Of a stretch of 64,000 nt of DNA, positions 53,701 to 64,000 are shown piece after piece. The stretch comes from Auanema rhodensis (lineage: Eukaryota; Animalia; Nematoda), in NCBI GenBank assembly GCA_964057225.1, contig OZ059896.1, positions 8,866,001 to 8,930,000 on the forward strand. The letters are read 5' to 3'. Position 1 is the stretch's first letter, and each line of letters opens with the position of its first letter. The notes under the pieces are model-generated. The model was given only the letters and a program-made list of their open reading frames with translations, had not been told where the DNA came from and did no database searches. Position numbers and translations under genes: made by a program.

Positions 53701-56700
53701 TGAAATTCGTGAAATGCCAAGGTGATTTTTATGTGAAAATATCTTTGCATGGCATTAAACGATCATTCTTATTTAATTCAACTCAACTGATCGACGAATT
53801 GAAGAAATTGAAGGATATTCAACAGTATAATTGATCATTTCTGGTATTAGAAAGAATACTCATACCCTATTTCATTATAAAAAAAAATAATTTTGGATAT
53901 GGCTGGCCTTATCTCATCATAGGAGCAGGTCAATCCGACATTGCTTGTCTGTGCCTCTCATCAAATGAACTCTTACAGAGTTAGTCTCAGGTAATGTTAT
54001 GGTCAACTAAGTAAACAAACAGGAAATCTATATATATCGATAAACAAAGTTGATTTACTTCTTTTGCTCAGGACAGATCGTTACTCATCCATATTAATTC
54101 AATCTTAGTCATCATCAGAAAAAGTCAAAACAGATTTAAGTCTGAGTAATGAATATGTTAGATGCTATGTTCGGCTGTTAACCACAATAGCTATATAGTT
54201 TATAGGCATAAGAGGTTATTGAAAAACCTTCATTTTCCCATGCTCATGTAGAGATTTATCGTAGAGTACCAAAGAAAAGACCGAAAACGTTTTGACTTAC
54301 AAGCCTATACATACGACTTCAAGAGGATATGCTGAAGGTCAAGTGCCTAGAAACCTCTTTCTTCCTGAATATTTCCCTCAGTTCGACAATATTCAAAATT
54401 TATAAAGATATTGCATATGTAATCGTATGAATTCCAGTAAATACAGACTGTATTCTGAGAGGAATCGTAGGTTGGCACGGTAAGATCAGACATTACTGAT
54501 ATGGGAAAGTCTCATGCCCAAACATAGGCAGATTACGTAAGCGATTATCTCGCACTATGTCATCAGAAGTCAACTGGGGCTCTCACATCCTAAAGTTATC
54601 CTATCCTTTCAGGGTCTTGATTCATCACACATCTATCATACTCACTCTTTATCTCTCCTCCTTCCTCTCCTTATCTTTCTGTGTTATTTCTTTTCTAGTC
54701 CAGCTATCTGAAGCCTTGACTACCGAATAGAAAAATGATGAATAGGAAAGGATTCTGAACTCTATTCACCTGACAGAGTTCTGACAAATCGTTTAAGATC
54801 AAATCACCATGTTTTTAAAAACAATTATATATCCAAGGTTATAATTAGTCTCTTTTACATGAAAAAAATACAAAATAATAAAACTAACCATATAAATATT
54901 TGAAAATTCAAATTCATTAGCCGGTGCTGGCGACGGACAATGTATGGACATTCGGTCATCTATTTCAGCTCCTATCACATGATCTGTATTGCTCACATCA
55001 AATCTGAAAAGAATCTATATAAAACCACATAAAGGATGCTTTCTCTTTGAAATCAACAAAATATTTAGTATTTCAGTATAATATACTGTTATTTCCTCAA
55101 TGACCTTATCTATACAAATGTTAATGTTTTCTCTGAGCAACAGTTCAGTTGTAGAGTGAGACAGTCTTCTTGACAGCTGGACCTCCTGGGGTGAGTACAG
55201 ATGGTCTCGACTTGACTCAAGAAATTCATTGACCTATTCTCATGTAATATCTTTGTTATTTCTGTTCCATTTCATTGTTAGAATTGCCTTCAGGATTCTC
55301 TAACATCATTTTCAAGATGACATTGAAAATTCTATAAGGTAATAGATTGTTGACATGACCAGAACAGTAGTTGCACCAACAACATAAGGTGTTAATCAGA
55401 TGAAGTAAGTTTAAATCTCAATGACCACACAGTACTTATGACGTCATATTCAATAGCACTTATGAATGATTACGATACCACACACTATTCACATCAACCT
55501 TCTAACAAGTTTGTTTAATAACAAAATTTTTTTATAAAGATGAAATTGAGAAGCTTAAGAGCAGAGGTAATAACTCTCACAAGATTAAACAAGTGCAATA
55601 ACATTCAGAGTCAGTTACTTCTCTATTTTCCAAATCATCTTTGATCTGTTTTCACTTATAAGTTCCCTCATCTTTGGATAAACCAAGTGGATTTTAAGAG
55701 CAAGAGATAGAGGAATTGTTCATTCTTGGATAAAGAAGGCAATGATCGCGAAGAAGAAAAGAGACATTGAACTGTTTGATTGAAAAGAACGTCAGTGAGA
55801 AGCTGGTGTATGTATTGAATGATTTTGTTTGAATATCGTATGACATCTAGTGTGCTCAGAGCTGGTCATCAGATTTTCTTTCTTTTTGACAATCTATCTC
55901 ATCCGTTCATACACCATCTATCCATTCTTTCATGATGGTTAGCTTTTTCATTTAAAAACATGACAATGAGCTTTTTGAATCTGGAACATTCTGACGGCTT
56001 GTCTACCGTTCAGGGTTAATATCGTCCATAGAAATTCTTTATAACAAATAAAAATATAAATTTTCATGCAAATCTTTCAAGAATTTCTCTCTGTTAACAC
56101 AAACAGGAAGTTTTCAAGTGGAAGAGGAATGCATAAGCAGCCAGAGTTTTCCTTTTTTCATTTGGAAAATGCTGTAAGCTTCAGCCCAAAAAGCTATAGA
56201 TATACTCATGCACCAACTTGGTTAGACGAACATATTCTTTAGAAGATGAGTGTGAATGCTCTTTGTATGGTCAAATCCAAAGATAATAGATGAACTAGCG
56301 CTGTTCTTATTGATGTAATCTCTTTTTGCAAAAAACATTATTGACAGACTATGATATATGGAATAATATCTTCTGATGTCGCCGACTATTAATAGATACA
56401 GTTGACGTTTCTATACAACCTTCAGTGTTTTTAATCCGATATACATTGAATAAAAAGAAATAAATCTTTTGACAATTTACTTCTAGAGAATACTAGAAGT
56501 AGAAGGAAAAATTAACAATGCAAAATTAAAACCAGTTCTTCCCTATGAGGTGAAAACAGAGAAGAAAGAGAGAACGCAGCAGGTAACTTATGGATGTTCT
56601 TTTCTCCTATACTAGATTTGACAAAGTAAGAATGCTTATATTCTAGATATTATATAATTGATGATGTGATCAGTAAGCATTAAGCAGGACAAGTTTAGAG

Positions 56701-58198
56701 TTTTACTTTTTTCTAATGAATAACACATGAAAAAACGTTTTTCATTGTTGCGATATGTTCTGGGCCAGTTTGTCAAATCTCTTAAAGCGGTATCAGAAAC
56801 TTAAAAAAAGTTTAAAAAGCTGCATATGATGTTAACAACTGGGCGAAATGCGGTTAAGAAAGTGAAGGAAGTGAGAATGCAAGCATAGAAGTTGCATGTC
56901 AAAACGAATTTTCCGGTTATGAACATGGAAAGTTTCGTAACATGGTGTGAAATGTTGGCGACAACATGACAGGTTAACAACCCAAGAAAAGCCGAAATAA
57001 TTATTTTTTTCCTCGTTAAGTATTGAGTATTTCTCTGATATTTCGGTAAAAACTGAAGGGATTTGACATGTTGTAATTAGAAGAAAATATCAAAGACAGG
57101 CTTGTTAATATTCATTGAATGATGTGGGCTTTTTCCAATCATTATCTGAATCTCTTTTAGTCAAAAGTACTAATGAGGGTTTGCTACGTCGGCGATTACA
57201 AAACGACCAGGTGGTTGTTAGAACAATACGGAATGACGACCATACTAATCCATCCTCTTACTACCTTCATTACCCTATTGCAGTTCTCTTCATCGTTTTG
57301 CCCGTCATATAGTCTTTTCATTCTCTCTCCCTCTCTCTTATAAAACCAAATAGCTCTTTTACCGTTCTATACGACCTCTGTATTGAGTGATTCACAGTTC
57401 TTATAGGCTTCGACCACATGGTAGTTTTACCGACAAAGACAATTGTCAATTGTTAACTAGCTGTCGGGAGGGTTGTGTTCCGGAAAAATATTGTTAATTC
57501 CGCTAGAACAGGATCAATGTCTCATAATCAGCAACAATAAGCTTTCTATAGTTGAAACTAACTGCTACGGTAAACAATAGATGATATTACCAAGCAGATT
57601 TTTCCCTCTTATGTCATACAAAGATGATGATACGTAGTGGAAAAGCCGTTGTATGACAGAGCTAATAGTGTCATACTCTTAGCTTACAATCTGATTTCCT
57701 TTTCTGTCACCGAAATCTGATCAGGCTGGCATAACATATCGGGTCAAATGTCGTAAGAAGCCTAATTTAGACATGTAAATCCGAGCTGATTGCTTAGTTA
57801 AGTACTGGGATAGTAAGGAAAGACACTGATCACTTATAAAGTAACTATATACTAATATGGTTAAGCATAACAAATAAAATCTTAAAGGAATACTGCGGCT
57901 CTTAAAATATTTCAAACATCTAGGGACACTAATCGAGAAACAGATCTAATTACATATCATAAACCAAGTATTTGGGTATATATACCAAGTGTAAATACAT
58001 ATATTTAGGAATAAAATTAAGTAAGAGAGCAAAATTATGGTTAATTAACTATTAATATGCTTAAACTCACATGGGATTACTGGAATTCCAATAGAGGATT
58101 GGTAGACGCTTGGCTTCTACATAGTTAGCGCTCAAGAAGCAGTATAGCACTCCAATAAAGAGGCAAAGCTGACGACGAAACTGATCGTGGCTGCACAT
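50705..58198 (-). CDS. efn-2: GPI-anchored ephrin EFN-2
   Basis: Exons 58198-58071, 55003-54889, 51332-51252 and four further short exons: KRLPILYWNSSNPIFDVSNTDHVI...SIHCP...IYMVSEDEYNHC...FRHFSPIPGGLEFVPGQTYYMISTSNGKLEGI...GGLCEHKQMKVKFE...NPKFAARTL...TPVMY, then a hydrophobic GPI tail. Confidence 0.93.
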
Positions 58199-59469
58199 CT
58201 AGTTCATCGCCCTGTAATTATTTCAAATGAAAATATTAATTAATTAAAATGAAAAAGAAAAATTGAAAAGAAAATAAAATAAAAATTAATATAATGGATT
58301 ATATGTAGATGAAGATATAATCATTTTAGATAGTTAAGTTGTAGTAAGTTTTAAGTTGATAAAGTTTGAAGAAAAGAGATATTTATGAAGAATAAGATGA
58401 CAAATGAAACAATGAAATGATCAAATGATTATGTATATATGTATATTTAAAAAGATTAAAATATAAATATAATAATAGATTATAATTATATTAAGAAAGA
58501 CATTAAGAAAATGAAAAAAAAAGCTTTTATAATAGCCAAAGAAGAGTAGAATATTAAATAAATAGTATATAAAATGTATTAAAAGAAAATGAAGAAGAAT
58601 TATGTTAAAAGAAAATTCAAAAAGTAAATATAATTTGATTTGACATAACATTATAAATGTAAATATACAGGTAATGGAACAAGTCATAAATGGAAATTAT
58701 TCATTGAAAGAAAACAAAAATCTAATTAAACATACACTAATGCTAATTGATAAATAAATTTATATATATATATAAATGATGTTATATACTATATTATATA
58801 TTTATTTATTTATATATTTATATAGAAAATAGTTTTTCATTAAGTAGCTATAAGTAGAAGTGATGTAAGAGACATATACAAGATGTGAGTATGACGCTTC
58901 TGCAGCTTTTATTTTATAAAAAAAACAAATGTATTGTATTGTTATAATAGAAGAATTGGATAAGAAGTTCTTAATAATTCTTCTAAAAATTTGTATGAAT
59001 AAGAGGATAATGAAGTGCATAAGAGTAAGGGGTCAGCAAAGGACAAGAAAACTTATATCATATAGTAAATGACAGAACTGTGGCCAGATGTCGAGATTAT
59101 AGGCCATCTGTGAGACAAGGAGTGTAGTTGAAAATGAGAGAACTCCTTAGAAGTTCCATTTAAACATGAGTTTTCCATCAAAATACAATCAAGTTCAACA
59201 GTTCTATCAATCTGTGAGGAGAACCATAGCATTCTGTCTTTGTGCGAGACAAATAGAGTGAAACGCAGCTGTCGAAATTCCAAAAAAAAAACATGGAAAA
59301 CATTTAAAAATGAAGTCATTTGCTTCAATAAAATATAATTAAAGTGATATTTTGAAAAAATATATGCAAGCAAATCTCATTCCTTCATGATGTGAGTACT
59401 TTAGGTCATCAGATGAGGTTCAACTTGAATAGTAGGCGGAGTATAAGCAGATACATAGATGCGGGGATC

Positions 59470-59580
59470 GAGAGGGTAGCAGAAGAGATGAGATGAGAAA
59501 AGAGAAGCAAAGAGGGTTGGACAAAGAGGGGGGGGGGAAGTATAGGACAAGGAAGGGGGAGGAGAATAACGAGGTGGAGT
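59470..59580 (+). repeat. Purine-rich low-complexity tract with G runs upstream of efn-2
   Basis: GA-rich strand with G10 at 59528-59537 and further GGG/GGGGG runs. Confidence 0.6.
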
Positions 59581-62180
59581 CAAAAAAGGATATATCATTT
59601 AAAGAAATGAACATATATTTAGATTGTCAATAGATTGATAAAATAAGGTAAAAATGAAAAATCAATTGATAATATTGATTAGTTTTAGAAGTATACAACA
59701 GATAACTTGGTTATTTAAGGCCATAACCGGAAATGGGCGGAGTTTTTTATAAATTTTATTGATATCTTTATCTATTTTTAAAAAAAATATATATATAGGA
59801 AGTGTAGGAGAATTTATTAAGATATCTCTATTGCAATTGATATGTTAAATGAAAATTATACGATAATAACCTTCTGTAAATTATGAAAATATAAATATTT
59901 TAGAGAAATATATATAATAATAATTATGAAACTAAATTATTTAAACTTAATAATTACATTTAACAGCTATTAAGTTGAAAAAGTCTAAGAAATTAATCTG
60001 AATTTCAAACTTTTCAAGAAAAAATGAAATATAATTTTCTGGAATTTAATATAAAAATTCAAATGTGAAAATTCAAATGAAATGAAAGTGAATGTGTTCG
60101 TAAAAATCTAAAAAAAATTTGCTGAGTATGTTGTTACAACTTGATTGAAACGATGACACCTCATAGATGTGAATTTTTATCTGACATGCTTTATGTTGTA
60201 TGCTGAAAAGAGAAACCTAATTGTCGAAAACATTTCAAAGTCGTTGAGTTTATGGCTCTTTCAACGATTTATTGTTGATTAGAAATAAGAACTTGAAAAT
60301 GTAAAAGCTATACTAATATTATCTCAAAAAACTTTATAAGAAAGAAAAAGCTGATGAGCATATAGAAATAGTTTGATTTGGAATAATGAGCAATGAAAGT
60401 TCGAATGCTGATGATGATCAAGCTTCGAAAACTTGTGTCTTTCTTTTTCTTCATAATGTATATTGAGCAAATTACTTCTAATTACTGGAAAAGTCTGAAT
60501 AATTTTATTTTAATTAAAGTATGCTTGAGTAGAAATAGAAATTAAGAGAACAATACACAGAATTTGGAAAAAAAAGTATAATATATATATTTTTTAATTT
60601 TTTTCTCAATATTATGAATTTTTTAAAAAGAAAAAATACATTTGTTATATATTATATATTATTATTATTATATATATAAATAAGTCAACAGACATTTGAA
60701 CAAAGAAAAAAGTGAGAAGAATTGAAGAGGATTACGCACATGAACACTGGGCAAATTCTCTTTTGTGAAATTAGCTGGTTTGTTACCCACTATTCGATTA
60801 GAAGCTAGTATCGCTTGACAATATTCAGAGATTAAACGAAGACAGATCGATTTTATGTAGAAAATTAGCTGGAATATATTTGAAATCGAAGTTGAATTAC
60901 AGCAATGTTCATACAGATACATATGTATGTATGTATTTCTAGTTTTAATAAGTCATAAGATGAAGCATAGGTAAGTAATATCTAATTATATTTATAAAAA
61001 AAACTTATATATACAAAAGAATCGAACATGTATAAGTAATCAACAATGAATATATAGCTTATAAGCTTATAATATATGGAAGTTATATAATTGAATTGGA
61101 TAAGATATATTGAAATATATTTATTTTTTTCGGAACAATTATTTTGATTGACGACATCTAATTCACAAAAGATTTGTTTTCTCCTTTTTTTTTATTGGAA
61201 AATTCTAACATAAGAGTTAGTTTCATCTAATACATAAAGGTTGAAAGAAATAATATTTTATTTAAATATGAATTAAATACTTAAATCTTATATTCATATT
61301 CACTTATTTTAAATTAATTCTAAATAAATGAAATTAATGATTTGTTATTCTTGTTTTTCTTTTCTTTCTTTTTTTTGAAAAATAGGAAGAAAAATAAAAA
61401 TTTAAATGAAAATTGTTGAAGTAACATTGGAAGACATTTGACTGTCATTAAGGTAGAGTTCTCTATTGTTAGAATACTTATGATTGATTTCGTTTGAACA
61501 AATCGTAGAAATGAGCGTTTAATATTGAATGAAAGTCATAGATTGAGAGAAATATTCTTGCAGGTACTACCACTTTGAAAATCCGAAGAGGTTACGTTTG
61601 AAAATTGAGGTTGGAGGACAGTCAACTGTCATATATAGTAATTACATCCATATGTTGTCCTCGAGCATTGCAATGTCTTACGATTAGAAAAAATGCTAGT
61701 TGAACATAAGTTTTAGAAGAAAAAAAAGTTGAAATGATAAGTGAATAATGGAATATACGTTGGTTTATAAGAATATTATAAAGATTACTATATAATATAA
61801 AAGAAAATAACGAAGGATAGCAAAAGGTTAGAAGATATTAAAATGAAAATATTGAAATATGAATTACAAATATGAGTTTTTGAGTTGAACATCAAGGCTT
61901 ATGCTTATGTTAATTCATATTTATGCATAAAATACGTTATAAACTCAAGTTTGATGAGATGACACAGCACCTTTAACAACAAAATATTCTTCTATTCATC
62001 TATAGTGTTTCATGTGAAATTTAAAATTTAAAATATGAATAGCAAGCTGTTAGAATGGATCTGAAAGACAAAACGCATTTGATACACGCCTATCATGCCC
62101 ATTTCAGAACCATCATCATCGTTATGTGGTCACAGAATGTGGTCCATTAGGAGGGAAGGAGCAGTGGGGTCAGACGGGAG

Positions 62181-62320
62181 AGACGACGACGACGGCGACG
62201 ACGACAAAGAATAAGACTTGAAGACCTATAGATGATGAAGCTGATGGCATCAGAGTGAGAGCAGAAAGTAGAGATGTGTGAGAGAGAAAGAGAGAGTTAG
62301 AGGAAGAGGGAGAGTAAGGG
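62181..62320 (+). repeat. (GAC)n and (GA)n low-complexity repeats
   Basis: GACGACGACGACGGCGACGACGAC at about 62182-62205 and GAGAGAGAAAGAGAGAG at about 62280-62296. Confidence 0.7.
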
Positions 62321-64000
62321 ACGGGAGTACTAAGGAATTGTGGAAGTGAAGAAGCATTCAGATTGAACTCTAATGAAATGATTGTGAACGAAAGTGCCTA
62401 ATCAGGAGAAAGATGAGCGAAACACTCTTGATATCCGCGTTGTCTCCTAATTTAGTCAGAAGACATTAGATCAAAGAGCACCGACTGATGAAGAAATTAT
62501 TCTGAATTAGATAGACAAGACAACGACTATCGTCCGATTACTTGATCGATTTAAGGGTTTTCCCAGAAAAAACTGAAGAATGGCTGTGAAGCTAGTATTA
62601 GAATACTGGCATGAAACATATTCTCAAATAAACCTAAACGTCTTTGCTCAAAGCTGACACAAGCTTGGCGGTCCATTTGCATATGGTTCCAGTCACTTGT
62701 GCGTGACGTGCTTTTCCTTGTGTGCTGCATGAGTCTCTCGCGAACAACACACAAATGGCTTCTGCCAATCCAACATGTTGCATCTCTTCTCATAATTCTC
62801 TTCTGTGTAACATCCTTTCCGCTATTCGCGAATAGTCACTCCTATTTGGCAGCTTAACCAGTCAAATTCATAGAAAGAATCTATCACGCAATCCCAACCT
62901 CATGGCAAAGAAAAAGCCGAAAATGGTTCAACCTTACATATGCTTGTAGAAAGGAAATGGTCGGTTGGTGGAAGAGCAAGTAATTAGCTTTTCCCGCATC
63001 TGTGTCTGACGCTCTAAGTACTCTGGTTATGATGCGAGAAAAGGCAGATATTTCAAGCATATTAAGAGAGAAAGCAAATGGAAGAGAAGAAGATAGTGTT
63101 AATTGGCTGTAACTGCTCTGGGATCATTACTCTTTCTCTAAATCTGTTCGTTGACTATGCTTATTGATGGTTCATTCAAATCTACACGGACGCACACACA
63201 CATACACAAGGATGTAATTCCGTCAATTTCCTCCAATCAATTACTATAACTCTTGTTTCTAGACATAAAGGTGAATACAAATCATATAATGTTGTAAACG
63301 AAGGATCCGTATTGTGGAGATAGAAGGAAGAAAAAACAATTTGAAAAATAGTTGAAAACACACAAAGCTGACGAGCTTCATGGTCAGTCTCCATACCACT
63401 CCACGAGGTCATCTCATTTCCATTTTTACTTTTGTCTATACGAAACGATTCTTTAAATTGGGCTAGGAAATAAATCGAACGACATTTGACCATAATTAGG
63501 TGTCACAGTAGTAAAAGTTTTTACTGTTCTTTTTCAGTTTCATTTCATTCTTCTTGAGTTTTTCTTGCTAAGAATATCTAAATATTTTCCTTTTTTTTTC
63601 AGGAAAAAAAGGCATCTGATTAGTTAATTTATGCAAAAATGCCTTTATTTGAACTTATTTCAAAAATTTTCTAACCTAAGGCGTAAAGAACAAACGGAAA
63701 AAATTGAATTAGCTAGCAAAAGAAACAACAAAGTAAAATTGTTTTCACGGAAAAAGACAAAACATAGAAACGTATATGAACAATTGGTATGATAAAGTAA
63801 ATTTAAGTTTCATTCAAACAGAAACATCAACAATTTGCAATTTCTTGTTCCAACTTATAAGGTTGGTGTGTCTGTTATGCTTGTGTGGTCATCAAGACTT
63901 GAGCTCTCACTTGTCGACAAGCCGGAAATTGGCAATCGTCGGCTAGTTTTCTCAAACAGAAAAATCACAATGACGGTTTAAGATGATTTGTTTTAAAAGA

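Noticed and set aside
57624-57694. ATGATGA...CTGA C/D-box snoRNA-like spacing (a similar case at 53554-53608)
   Set aside because: Antisense to the host intron, minimal terminal stem, and no rRNA-complementary guide that I could recognise.

Overview
Eukaryotic DNA from an AT-rich, compact rhabditid (clade V) nematode genome, probably not Caenorhabditis. Genes are broken into many short exons by introns of about 40-55 nt, so the ORF track mostly shows exon fragments or noise. All gene models below were spliced by hand. In order: saposin-like gene (5' end), exc-9/CRIP, nlp-47 (AKH/GnRH-like neuropeptide), a secreted Ly6/three-finger protein, an orphan ORF, a long-chain acyl-CoA synthetase, a small tail-anchored orphan, TRABD, odr-8/UFSP2, an aspartic protease, an extended-Tudor protein, a divergent GLE1-like gene head-to-head with GTF3C1, TIMMDC1, a small coiled-coil orphan, an srh-type chemoreceptor, a C6-domain protein, a GLUT-type sugar transporter, and two ephrin genes tail-to-tail (a divergent efn-3-like gene and efn-2). 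Most notable: (1) a relaxed splice code, with frequent AAG and several GAG acceptors plus frame-required GC donors in tightly length-constrained introns; (2) a TFIIIC large subunit that appears to lack the N-terminal B-box-binding region; (3) the ephrin pair, where efn-2 has a start-adjacent uORF and a stop codon that could double as a splice acceptor for a membrane-spanning isoform; (4) operon signatures, including a hairpin+UAYYUU Ur element. No transposon, tRNA, rRNA or CRISPR array could be supported. Homology calls rest on recalled motifs, not database searches.
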